Shown piece after piece: positions 10,776 to 23,057 of a stretch of 63,513 nucleotides of DNA; within the stretch, counting starts at the first letter, position 1, and each line of letters starts with the position of its first letter. Both the position numbers and the translations under genes were made by a program. The stretch is from Lama glama (lineage: Eukaryota): NCBI GenBank assembly GCA_028534125.1, contig CM052816.1:75828001-75891513 (forward strand), given 5' to 3'. Below the pieces are notes generated by a model, which saw nothing but the letters and a program-made list of their open reading frames with translations, was not told the DNA's origin and did no database searches.

Positions 10776-10975
10776 ATGTGCTAAGCATTTTCATGCAGTA
10801 TCTTCTTTAACCCTCGCAACAACCCTATGAAGGCCATACAATTATTAATCCCATTTTACAGATAAGGCAAGATGACTTATCCAAATTTACACAGCTGGTA
10901 TGAAGGCAGGACTGAACCATGAATTTGCTTTCTCTGGTGCCAAAGCTGTGCTTTTTAACCTCTCAGCCATTCTGC
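10776..10975 (-). mobile_element. MIR SINE
   Basis: cctcgcaacaaccctatgaagg...cccattttacagataaggcaa...ccaaagctgtgctttttaacc. Confidence 0.85.
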
Positions 10976-12939
10976 CTCTGCCAAGCTTGGGAACATGAGC
11001 ACAACTGTAAGAAGATAGAAAGGAGGGGATGTTAAAAAAAAAAAAGAGTGGTGGAGTTTTAGGGAACTGGAGATATTTGAATATGAAGGGATATTGAAAT
11101 TCATGGAGATCAAACCCTTCATTGCACAGGTGGGAAAAAAAAAAAGGTCCAGGAGGTTACATTCCTGCACCAAGGCCACAGAACTAGTTATTGTTTGGGA
11201 GTGTGCTGGGTCCCAGGCACTCCACGTCTGGTTCTGTGCCCTGTCTATGGTCAGGGCAGATGGGAGCAAGTCATTTGGGGACACAGAGTGGGCAAGACAC
11301 TTTGACTGCAAACTCAGCTTGAAGACAGAGAAAAACTAGGAAGAAGCTGCAATGAGTATTGTGGGTAACTGAAGTGTTTTATGGAACCTGGTATGGCTGT
11401 GATTACACCATAACTGTCCTTTGTTGTAGCAACAGAATTAGTTTGCTTTGATGTTGGTGCCTTAGATTCCTTTCACTTTGGCACCCACACGTTGCCAGGA
11501 TGATTGGTAGGGAGATTATAGTTACTCCTTTGCTTCATGAAAAAAATACAAGGCATTTCTGATACTCTGGGTTGTTGTTGCCTAAATGTTGCCCCCATTC
11601 CACTCCGAACAGCCCCATCAATTTTGCCAGTAAAGAAATTAAAATAGAGAGAGGTTAATTTGTCACTTTGGGGTAATAAAGTGCAGTAGCTAAGAAGTAG
11701 TAAAAAGGGAAAAGAGAAGTAAATATGTTAATGTTACCAGAACTAAATTTGGGATATATGCCTTATCTTGTTTAGGTTCAGGGTGACATTTACCTGTCAA
11801 TTTGACAAAATTTATACATTTCTTATTCTTAAGAGTACCTGAGTGGGGTACATAGCTTCAGACTTTCCCTAGGGTCAGATGAATGCCTTCAGGATTCTTT
11901 TATCTAATTTTAGACTTCTAAAACTGGGCAGGAATTAACTTCACCTTGGGAAGAAGAGAGGTGGTTCTTCCTTTTCTGGGACCTCCTCCCTAGGGCATCT
12001 GGTACATTGTTAGGGCTGCCATGTAACTGCTTACATCACTGCCAAGCCCAAGTCAGGAGGATTAGAAATCAGAAGTCCATGGCTCAGTGCCCTGAAGTTT
12101 ATTTGTATCAATACAAATGATGTAGATTGCTTTTGCTTTATTTCTCATCAAGCTTATTCTTAATGTTCAGAACTGGGCTACTCAGGATCACATTTCCCTA
12201 ATGTAGAATGTTAACATTCCACCATTTTCCCAGAGTTGTTGCCTCCCCATCCATTTTCATGGTGTTGTCATGAGAAAGCAGATGGATAAGTCAGATGGTG
12301 CTACCATATTATGATTATCATGTGTGTTTCGTGGAAGCTGGAGTCTAAATTAGGATAATTTCCCTGAAGTTACGACTAGTGAAAAGTTTTCCTACGGTCT
12401 GGCCTTCGTAACATTCCTCTGACAAAGCCAGGAATTTATCTGACATCTGTTTCTATGGAACTCAAAGTGATTAACAGATGTGATCTAATTATTTTCCTAA
12501 ATCCCTGGATGTAGCAGGCAGCACGGCACATCCGCCTAATAGAAATGTCAGATCATTAGGATTGAGGTGAAAGGTTCCCTCCAGGTCATGTCTTTATTTT
12601 TGGTGGAAACTTGAGACTTCTTGCCTTTCATTCAAGTTTCTTGATGGCCTTGTCTTTACAGGCAAGGTATGTGTGTTGTTTAGCTCAGTCTTCCCAAGGT
12701 AAACTTTCCCCCAAAGGATTGTAGTTCTCCATAATCCTATAATGAAAGTGGAACAGGAATACATTTCACAAGGTCTACACTTATTCTACTTGCTCATAGA
12801 GTAAAATAAAATCAGAAACTAGAGCCAAATGTTCTAGAATTTCTTACCTTAAAAGGAGCTGAAAGGCAGGATGAATATGGCTGAGGCTTATGATTAGGGC
12901 AAGCATATGATGTATTTGTAAAACATGGCCCCGAGAGAG

Positions 12940-13017
12940 TGGAGAAGGGCACTGTTAGCCTACAATAGGCTTAAACTGGGACTGTCTTGGGTAACCCAGG
13001 GTCGTATAGTCACTCTG
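12940..13017. mobile_element. hAT-Blackjack MITE fragment, MER94-like
   Basis: taaactgggactgtcttgggtaacccagggtcgtatagtcactct matches the MER94 terminal region. Confidence 0.6.
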
Positions 13018-13513
13018 CTTACAGTGGTGATGGCAGTGAGGTATTATCTCCCAGAGTTGAGTGCTTGGTGTACTTCATTCATTAGGCTTATATGTAATAA
13101 AGCCCTATTTTAGGTGCTGTTGAAAGAAATAGGTATATAATAGATGTATCTCTCCTGCTCTCAAGGATTTTACAGTGTTATGAAAGAGATAGTTACTACT
13201 AAGTAGAATAATACTGATATGTTCTTATTTATTTCACTCTCTTCTCATGATTTTAATCTCTATCAGCACTTCCTTATTTGAAAGGAAATGCTGTAATACC
13301 TTTGTTAACTTGATTTGGTAAGATATAGTTTACAGAAATTTAGTTCTCTTCTTACAATGCTTATATTTTCCAGTTGATTATACAGATATTTTCAACTATA
13401 TTCTTCTTGTGGACCATAACAATACTAGGTCTGATAGAAATGTTCTAACAATGAAATAAATTATTTTTTACAAAATTGTCTCCGTTTAATGTAATTAAGC
13501 ATATTACCTGGTG

Positions 13514-13846
13514 TAGTGTTTTCAAGCTTACAAATTATATAACATAAATACTTTCTCAAATATCCACCAAGGCAGGGGCCTTCTCTGTCTTGTTCACAGG
13601 GAAAACTCCAGGACCTAGAACAAGGTCTGGCACATAGGGGCTACTCAAAAAATATTTGAATAAATTTCCTGTAATATATTTATTTATTTATTCAAGGAAT
13701 CATTCATTCAAATGAAATCTTATGTAGGTTTAACCAACAAAACTGATTATAGTAGAATTTTTATGGCTAAAAGGAGGGCATGGTCTTGAGTCCATACTCC
13801 CACTGCTTATAACCCCCATCTCTCGGAGCAGATCTGAAAACTGTTC
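13514..13846. mobile_element. hAT-Charlie element, MER117-like, with an L2-like segment at about 13570-13665
   Basis: tagtgttttcaagct start, ttcaaatgaaatcttatgtagg internal motif, ggagcagatctgaaaac end. Confidence 0.5.
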
Positions 13847-13866
13847 ATCAAAGATATGGAATTATG

Positions 13867-14087
13867 TTAGGACTTTGAGATGTGCAAATACTAACTACTA
13901 TATAGAAAATAGATGAAAAAAACAAATTTCTTCTGTGTAGCACAGGGAACTATACTCAATGTCTTATGATAGCCTATAATGAAGAAGAATATGAAAACAA
14001 ATATATGTAGGATATGTATGACTGAAGCATTATGCTATATACCAGAAATTGACACAATGTAACTGACTATAATTTTTAAAATATTTA
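13867..14087 (+). mobile_element. 5'-truncated L1 3'UTR
   Basis: tagcacagggaactatactcaat...gaaattgacacaatgtaactgactata. TSD aaagatatggaattatg (13850-13866) and aaagatatagaattgtg (14088-14104), 2 mismatches. Confidence 0.9.
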
Positions 14088-15039
14088 AAAGATATAGAAT
14101 TGTGGAGCAGATTTGCAAACTATTCATCAAAAAGCATCGGATCACATAAAGTCAGAGAGCTCATTTTGTCCATGGATGAAGAAATTGGAGCCCAGTGAGT
14201 CTCAGTAAAATGCCAGAGGTCATTTGTTGTGTGACATGGCCAGGGTGGGCACTCAGATCTCCCGGTTCCAGGGCAGAGATTTTCCTAGTGTCGCCAGACC
14301 TAGAATAAGGGGAGTAAAAGATAAATTATCCTGACAGCTCTGGAGGAAGCCAGTTTGTGAGGGAGCTGGACATTACTGGAAAAGTAAGAGAGATGGAAGA
14401 AAGTATATATATATATATGTATGTCTGTAAGTGTGTGTGTGTATAAACTTCCTGGAAGACTATCAAATTAAGTTGGAAGAAGGAGGTAGGGAGATAATAC
14501 CTATTTTGATAAGTCATGTGCATGAGAGGTGAGATCCCACCAAATTGTGTGTTTGAAAAACTGCGAATAAAAAGTCCTGGAATTGCTTTCAAGGGAGATG
14601 GATCAGAGTTTTTTGTGTCATTGGTTTGAATTCGCAGACTTGGGGTCAGACTTACTCACTAAAGAACTGAAGAACGTGTTTTCTTTCGAAGAAAGATTGA
14701 ATAATTGTTTAAAGAATCTCAAGTTTGAAAGTGTGCTAAATAATTAATCACCCAAGACTCAAAAGTTTGGGTGCTGTCCAGATGACTCAAATCTGATTTT
14801 TTCATTTGGGAGTCAGGAATTGAGACTCTTCCCCTTAGAAACAGAAATAAGTTAGATTGTGATATTATAATCATATTCTAATATTGCCCTCATTGAAAGA
14901 AGGTTAAAAATATACCAACCTGATAATAACTTTTAAGAATGGGATCAAAATTTGGGGCCACTTAAAAATGTTTAAAATTGGCTTCTATCTGCAAAAATCA
15001 GTTAATCAGTTTTATTGAATACTTTTCATGCTATTATAG

Positions 15040-15309
15040 TAATGTTTCTCAAACTTTTTTTTATTATGGCATGTTTTAAGAAATACATTTGATATCACAA
15101 CCAGTACTCACATGTATAAATATAATTGACCAAAACAGACATTTTTGAAATGTTTGAAACATTTATGAAGTGGTCCTTACCTTTACTATAAATTACACTT
15201 TTACATTTTTTATTCTATTCTATTTTGTTTTAAAAGTTCTGGTCATGACCCATTAAAGTGATTTCATGACTTGTTAATGGATTGTTACATACAATTTGAG
15301 AAGCAATGA
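15040..15309. mobile_element. hAT-Charlie element, MER113/MER112-like
   Basis: aatgtttctcaaac...aagaaatacattt...ctggtcatgacccattaaagtgatttcatgac...tttgagaagcaatg. Confidence 0.7.
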
Positions 15310-15536
15310 TGTAAAAAATATAAGAGGAATCAAGGTAACATTTCTGAAGGAAAGGGGCTTGTGGTCTGCCTGGGGAGAGAAAACTAACTTGTAAACAATT
15401 AGAGTGTATTTTAAGATTATGATTAATTGCTAAATTGCATAATGCAGTTCAAGAATGATGGATGTTTGGTTTTTATCAATGTGTTTTCTGTATTGAAATA
15501 CACAGCTTTAAGATAAAAACAAGTTTATATATATAT

Positions 15537-16411
15537 ATTTTAAATTGATGTATAGTTGATTTGCAATGTTGCGTTAGTTTCAGGTGTATAGCAAAGTTAT
15601 TCAGTTATACATACATATATTATTTTTTAGATTATTCTCCATTATAAACTATTACAAGATATTGAATATAGTTCCCTATGCTATACAATAGTTTCTTGTT
15701 GTTTATCTAGTTTATATATAGTAGTGTGCATATGTTAATCCCAAATTCCTAATTTATCCTCCTTCCCTTCCCCCTTTGGTAACCATAAGTTTATTCTCTA
15801 TGTCTGTTAGTCTGTTTCTGTTTTGTAAATAAATTCATTTGCATTATTTTTTTATATTCCACATATAAGTGATAACATATAATACTTGTCTTTGACTTAC
15901 TTCACTTAGTATGATAATCTTTTGATCAATCCATGTTGCTGCAGATGGCATTATTTCATTCTTTCCTATGGCTGAGTAATATCTTATATATATATATGCC
16001 ACATCTTTATCCAATCATCTGTCAGTGGACATTTAGGTTGCTTCCATGTCTTGGCTATTGTAAATAGTGCTGCTATAAACATTGGGGTGCATGTATCTTT
16101 TCAAAATAAAGTTTTCTCTGGATATATGCCCAGGAGTGGGATTTCTGGATCACATAGTAACTCTATTTTTAGTTTTTTAAGGAACCTCCATACTGTTTTC
16201 CATAATTGCCACACCAATTTACATCCCCTCCAACAGTGTAAGAGGGTTCCCTTTTCTCCACACCCTCTCCAGCATTTATTATTTGTAAACTTTTTGATGA
16301 TGGCCATTCTGACTGGTATGAGGTGATACCTCATTGTAGTTTTGATTTGCATTTCTCTAATAATTAGTGATGTTGAGCATCTTTTCATGTGCCTGTTGGC
16401 CATCTGTATGT
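15537..16411 (-). mobile_element. 5'-truncated L1 (ORF2 C-terminus plus 3'UTR)
   Basis: ORF 16101..16421 reads [23 protein letters not shown]...[15 protein letters not shown], the L1 ORF2 cysteine-rich domain; L1 3'UTR follows on the minus strand. Confidence 0.95.
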
Positions 16412-16446
16412 AAGGAGACAACTTTTAAAAGTATGCTTATTTGCTT

Positions 16447-17930
16447 CTATATTTCATGTTTCCAAGATGCACCATTTTACATATTCTTACACCTCTGAAA
16501 CTGGAGTGTATCTTACAATTGATGATATTTTACAATAACTACCTTTGGGCAGCTGATTCATTCATCATTGCCTGGGCATATGCAGTCTTGATGGTCATTG
16601 CTGGTAGCATGACTGGACAACTGAAACCTTTTGCCATTTCAATCTATAAGCTGCTTGCAAGAAACACTAACCTTTTCTGATAAGGAATTCAATCCAGTCT
16701 GATAATAAGTAAGTGTCAGCATCAAAATGTGCAGAATATTGTTAATGTTGTTAGTGGCTTGTAGAAAAACCTCAGAAGCAACAATGGTGCAGATTTCCAA
16801 AATAAAAGACTGCCTTCCCAGTACCATTGTTGACACAGAATTCAAAATAATATGGAAAATGCTAACATCAATAACTGAGCTAAAAGGTGATTGAGAAGAG
16901 CTAGACTCTAACTTTGAATAAGTTTTAGGGGTTTCTTCACCAATTAATTTTGCTTATATACTTTTTAATTTATATGTGAGGGATATATAATAGAAAGACT
17001 ATGCCTACATAAGACTAAGAAAGCTTTTTAGGGAGGCTACAACATACAATATCTAGGTGATAAAAAAGCATTGTGTCATTGTTTAACTGGCAGCATTTTT
17101 TTATAGCACACTAAGTACCAACGGCATCTTATACTTACAATCACAGGAAAATGCAAATTAAAACCACAGTATGCTACCACTACGTATTTCCAAGAATAGC
17201 TAAAATTTAAAAGATTGACAAACCAATTGTTGGTAATGATGTGGCATAAGTGGAGCTCTCTTGCAGTGCTGATGGGAATGCAAGAATATACAGCTACTTT
17301 GGAAAACAGTTTGCTACATTCTTAAAAAGTTAAACACACACCTGTGTATGCCTCAGCAATTCTGCTTCTGGGTACTAAACACAGAGAAGTGAAAACATAC
17401 CCTCACAAAGACTTGTATGCAAATGTTCATAGTAACCTCAAACTGGAAACAACCCAAGTGTTGTTTCATCAATAAATTATGAGTAGATAAACTTTGGTAT
17501 ATACATATATGAACTACTATTCAGCAATAAAAATGAATAAACTACGGATATATACAACACACTATTAGCGATAAATCTAAAAAGTGAAAGGACCAGGTGT
17601 AGAAGTCTTCATGTTGTATAATTTCAATTGTGTGAAATTCGAGAAAAGGCAAAACCATAGTGATAGAAAGCAGATCAGTAGTTGGCAAAGGCCAGGGACT
17701 GGGGTGAGGAGGCTCTTTGAAAGTGTGAGAGAACTTGTTGCAATAGTGGAAATGTTCTTTGTCATGATTGTGGTGGTAGTCACACAACTGAATCCAATTG
17801 TCAAAGCTTATTGGCTTGCATACTGAAAACCGGTATTTTTTTTTTAAGTGTAAATTGCACATTGTGAAAGCTGACCAAAAAAAGTAAATAAAAATTAAAT
17901 TGATGGTATCTTAGTTTTTATGAAATGCAT
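16447..17930 (+). mobile_element. TcMar-Tc2 element (Kanga2/MER104-like) split by an old L1
   Basis: Left end ctatatttcatgtttccaagatgcacc...tatcttacaattgatg; subterminal tgtcattgtttaactggcagcatttt at about 17072-17100; right end attgatggtatcttagtttttatgaaatgc resumes at about 17899 after the L1. Confidence 0.7.
17133..17895 (+). mobile_element. Old L1 (L1MC/ME-type) ORF2 end plus 3'UTR
   Basis: aaatgcaaattaaaaccacagt...ctactttggaaaacagtttg...aactggaaacaacccaagtg...aaggcaaaaccatagtgatagaaagcagatcag, ending in an A-rich tail. Confidence 0.85.
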
Positions 17931-19244
17931 TTTTCTGTATTTTAAAACTAATATAGAGAACAAGAGAAGCAGAAAAAGGGAGAAGTCACTTATAGTTGCA
18001 CCACACAAAAATAACCACTTAAAAATGTTAGATTTTTTTCGCTATAATCTACATTTACAGTTTTTCTTTATATGTGCTATAAACGGCATTCCTAACTACC
18101 TCCCCTGTGGAGTTAGTGTTAGACACTGTGCAGACTGGATGAGAGGGTGCTGGCGCTCCTGCTTGTTTACCTTCTTTATGCTCATGTTTCATGTTCGGCT
18201 TCCTGTAACATCTCTGTGTAATGTGCACCAAAGAATTGGAAATATTTATAATAATTATGTGAAATCCTGTGTCCCAAGGACATTGAATTTGGATCACTGA
18301 GAAAGAACTCTAGTGCAGAACTAAGATGTATTTAGAGGTCCTTAGAGGGAATTTTAGAACCAAGGCATAAAGACAGGAATCATTAACTTCTGAGGTATGT
18401 ATAATAGTTTGGTAACGAGTGAACCTTACTGAGAGTGGCTTCATGGAAGCTTTCAGTTTAATTTTTTTTAACTTGCTTAAAAAAGAAGAAAAAAAAATGA
18501 AGCTGATTCTATAGGCTTTCCTCAGCGATAAAAGGATTTGCAGTGACATAAACTGAATCATTCCCCATTCTGTCTTCCAGCTCATACCTACTGCATGGAG
18601 TTACATTAGGAGAGATGGCTTCAGCTTGGTTGCATGTAGCTTTGTGGTTCTGAGCTCAGGCTTAGCATGGGTTAGGGTGAGGAGATTTTAAGCAAGAAGT
18701 TCCCTACTCTAGCCCTTGGAATACAGAGCTATTCTGACACTGATTTTTTTTTTTTTTTGACTTACAGATTGTTTGAATCTAGATATGACCAGGGTTCTCT
18801 GGCTTACCCACACTTTTAAGATTCTTGAATCAAGACATGTGAAATGAATGCTAGTCCTATATTATGCATTCCAACGCTGGATTGTTTGTAAATTTGCTGA
18901 CACTGAATTTTTGAAGCTCCTTATTTTGTGTAACAGATTGTGTTTCACAGATATCCCTGTGGCCTCCAGGGGGGTAAAGAGGAGGCCTCCTTGGGATCAG
19001 GTGACTTGTTCCTAAGAGCCAAGTAGAGGCAAGTGTTCCTGGGGGTGGGTTAGGGTGGGAGAGAGTGGGTTCCAGGTGTAACTCCCTTCTGGTGCTGACA
19101 GAGGCCAGTAGCCCCTGAATGTGGAACTGAGTTATTTTAAGGCTAAAGGCTCCTGAACTCTAGTTCCTGAGCACAGGGACACTATCTGTTCCTTAGAGGA
19201 TTTAGTATAAGTTTCTTTCTTGAGTGACTAATACATATGAGGGT

Positions 19245-19375
19245 CTTTTCATAGGTTATCTCATTTAACCTTCAAGAGCACCTCAGGAGACAAGGCTTTC
19301 TCATTTCTGGTTCAGACATAAGGAAGCTGAGACCCACGAAGGCGGAGGATCTTGCTCAAAGCCACGCAGCTAGCC
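19245..19375 (-). mobile_element. MIR fragment
   Basis: atctcatttaaccttca...aggaagctgagacccacgaagg...cttgctcaaagccacgcagctag. Confidence 0.7.
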
Positions 19376-22300
19376 GGTTAGGGAAAACTTGGCCTCCCTT
19401 TACCATCACATGGGGAATTTCTTTTTGTCTGATTTGAGAAAAAGAGCGAATACCTTTCAGCTGAGATAAGAGAAAGGAATCTGATCTCATCATCCATGCT
19501 TCCTTGTAAATTTATTTATTCAGCCTCATTTCCCTCAAAATTGTAAAAGATCCCAGTCCTCTCTCTTCTGTTCTTATGGTGTGAAACCTTGGACAAGTCT
19601 CCTTTTTCCTATAAGAAGAAAAAAGTTACCTGAAGAAACTTGAGCAACAGTGCTGATCTCATAAAGCTGTGGTGGAAGTTAAATGGAGAGAATGTGTGGA
19701 AAGCTTTGAACAAAGTCAGGGTTCTAGATTGTCTTTATTGTTACTACTCTATTCGGAGAATTTTTTTCACGTGCAAAGGGAAGTGGGGGCGGAAGCTTCT
19801 ATGTGGAAATATTTCCCCTTACTTCTTGTACTTAACCTAGGTGGCCAAAGAGCTAGAACTATGATATTTTTGACTTGAAAAAGTTCTTCCAACTTCCTTA
19901 ATTTCTGTTTTGTGAGTAGGGAAATGAATTTAGAGAAAATTTAGTAGCCATGGGATTACTGACTGAAGATCTTATTGAAATTATGTTCAGTTTTCTCTCA
20001 ATCCAGTTGGGTAAAAAAAATGAAAAGAAAGTCTTTTGCTGTCATTCGGTGGTGGAATAGAAACTATAACTAAAGTTTTGAAATATGGAAAGCATTATTA
20101 TTGATGTGTATCTAGATTACAGTGATTTTTTTGTGTTGTGCAGAAGAGGCACACAATTGTTAAATCCCCCTTCACTCCACTTTCTTTTTTGGTATTCAAA
20201 TAAATAGGAAAGGCTGTGACATTAAACATTATCTCACAAAATACCATGTTTGAAGACTAACATTCAAATTGTTGACATATAGCATTTGAATGCTATGTAC
20301 AAAACATTATACTTAAAACATGGCATCCCAACAATCAATTTGCAGCACAACATCCCGGCATAGTAGTCAGATAGAACTAGTCTGCATGTATGGAAATAGA
20401 TCTTCCTGTTGGTGCATTTGCAATTAAAAGACCCATATTAATAGCACAGCCTCCATTTAGAATTTTTAATTCAACATGCATTTATTGTAAAACATTGTAT
20501 AGCAATGAAAGAAAGATGACTAAAACCTAATCTCTGTTGCGAAGTAGTAACTTGAGGAAGGAAAAAGGGAAGAGAAGAACACCTTATGTGCACAACTGCT
20601 GGAAAAAGGAAAAATCTGGGCTCTATGGTGAGCAAAGAGGTTTACATTTATGCACTGCTGATGGCATTAGCTTTGCCTCAGCCTCTTCTAGGTATTAAGC
20701 ACGTATGGGGCCCTCATGTGGAATCCTCCTCTGGCCTGGCTTCCCATCCACAAATTACTTTCCTTTCAATGAACCAAATTTAGGCAGAAGACTTTGTCAT
20801 TCTTGACGGTGTTTTTATCCAGTTGGGGTTTGGTGGTTTTACTGTAGCAACTTGTTTTATGGTTTGAGTTCTGCCCTTGATTATGTAATCTCTGAATGAT
20901 TTTATCATTGTTCACTTCCCCTTTTCTTTCTCATTGACATGAAGAATAAGACAGTGTGTATAGTGTTAAGATGTGTAGAGAGTGAAAACAGAAAGAAATG
21001 GAATTTCCAGTAACTATGTAAAGTGACAGCACATGTCATCAACAGAGAGGACTGCAGTGTTTCCTCTGGGCAGCTCTGCCCAAGTAAGGCCTCGGTCTTT
21101 TTCAGAGCTGCCCTCCAAGGCTGGCCTATGGAGAAGCCCCAATTTTACATCTAATAAATTAGAAAGACCCTTCTACCCTCAAAAGTGCCCTTCCAGATAA
21201 TTTAGGGGATCTAGAGGGTAAGTTTTTCTGAGGAGGGCAGTAAGCTAGTTCTAAAGATAGCTCAAGGAAACTTCTAGATAATGCTATTTTCTTACTTCCA
21301 GAGCAGTTCAGAGACTGTCACAAGAGCTTTCTTAAGTATCCCCAGTGCACAGTCTAAGCCAAATGCAAAGCTTCCAATTAGAACATTGAAGCTTTGATGC
21401 CAATTAAAATTAACTGATGCTGTTTATGGTCTTAGGAGGAGGAATAGACCCAAAAGAAAGACATTAAAACTTGGTATTTTAAAAATATGAGCTCAGCTTC
21501 ATTAGAGAGTGGTTGCTGAGTTTGAACCTAAAGTTCTAACAGGGAATTCAAAAGTTTCAAGTGATAAGATAATTAATATAAAAAGGGAGGCAGATGGAAA
21601 ATGGGTAAAGGTTATATGAGTTTGGTGTTTGAAGTTACAAAGTTAAAGTATTTTAAGGACAGAAGAACTCAGCTGTGTTTCTAGTTGGCAATATATTGCA
21701 AGTTGTTGTTCAAGTAAATTGGCTTTGGTTATACCCAACACAGAGCTTCTCAAAAGATCCAGTTTCTGGTTTCCCAAAGAATCACAAAGAAATTAATGCA
21801 CTTAGCTTGTTTATATCAATATTACTGAATGCTGATAGGGTGGTCTCTCATTTTCTCTTTTGGGATGGATGGCTAAATTTTTCTTTTTTTAATTGAAGCC
21901 TTCTACTTATCATTGAGTAGAAGGTAAAACTAAATGTCCTTAATTTTACTTTTTGAACAAATTTACTGCTTTGAGTAGCTGGATCTCTTATGGTTCCTGG
22001 TATAAAGTCATCTAGAGCAGCCTTTTAAGGTCCATTACAGTAACACATGAGTCTGAGAAACCTTCAGTTTATTAATTACTTATTTCTACTGACACATAAT
22101 CCTGCTATTCTAGATAATACATGGCATCAGGAGTGGAGACATTTCTTTTTGGACAAGCTCTGAAAGGATGAAAGGAAAATGTTTCTTTAAATGTGAACCG
22201 AGAAACAACGGATGGTGAGCAATTTTCCCTCAATTATAAAGCAATTGTATGTCCTATTTTAAAACAAAGTGTAATGGGATATATTTTCTTTTCTATTATA

Positions 22301-22544
22301 TTTCTAATAAAATCTTATCTGCGGAGAGACAAAGCAACAGAAATTATTTTCCAGAAACACCAGATGTTGACCCACCTGTCTGGTTACTGTTGAGAGTTCT
22401 AATCTTGTAGTTCAGTAAATATCTTAATTAAATTACATGCCATTTCTGCATCGTTAGAATAAGTTGAAAGCTGGAAATCTGTTCAGAAATTTGAGCCTGT
22501 GTTGCTCATTCTGTTTTCTCATATACATTTAGGCATCTGCCAAA

Positions 22545-22740
22545 AAGAATCACTATATCGGTTTTGCAAAGCCAGATTCCAGCTTTGTTACTTAACCATG
22601 ACTGAGCAATCATGGGTCTCCATTCCCTCGCTGGGGTAATATTGTCTATGTAAGAGACTGGTTGTGAGTATGAGATGACACACTGCTGTAAAGCGCCTGA
22701 GACATAGGGGACACTTGGTAGATGCCAGCTGTTTCCTATT
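22545..22740 (+). mobile_element. MIR SINE
   Basis: gttgtgagtatgagatgacacactgctgtaaagcgcctgagacatagggg tail with a degenerate core. Confidence 0.65.
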
Positions 22741-23057
22741 TCTCCTCTCTTCTCTTATAATATTGAAGTAGTCTCCCTTAAACAGTACCATCATCTTATT
22801 TAGTGGCTGAAATGCCTACAGTGATTTCTTTTTACTTACTGTACTCTTTCATTTATTCAACCGTTCAAAAATAATTAGCTTAATATTATATTCACACAGA
22901 AATGAATAAAAACATGATCCCTACTTTCAAGAAGTTCACAGTCTAATGAGCCAAATTAATTATGGAATTTAAACCTGTGTTAGTATCTAAGTTGCAAGTA
23001 TCTGTTTCCCATCTCAAGTACATCATCTCCCCTTGTTTAGTTATATGCTCCCTTTAC

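Noticed and set aside
12842..12872. Minus-strand cctttcagctccttttaag|gtaaga, resembling a recursive splice site or microexon
   Set aside because: Opposite to the inferred host strand, with an AAG acceptor and no other support.
22114..22214. 101-nt open segment between ctattctag and GTGAGC
   Set aside because: Modest acceptor and an unrecognised peptide (IIHGIRSGDISFWTSSERMKGKCFFKCEPRNNG); indistinguishable from a pseudo-exon.
22929..22950. aagaagttcacagtctaatgag resembles miR-28-5p (3 mismatches)
   Set aside because: miR-28 derives from L2, and this is an ordinary L2 tail fragment. Two mismatches fall in the seed and there is no complementary arm.
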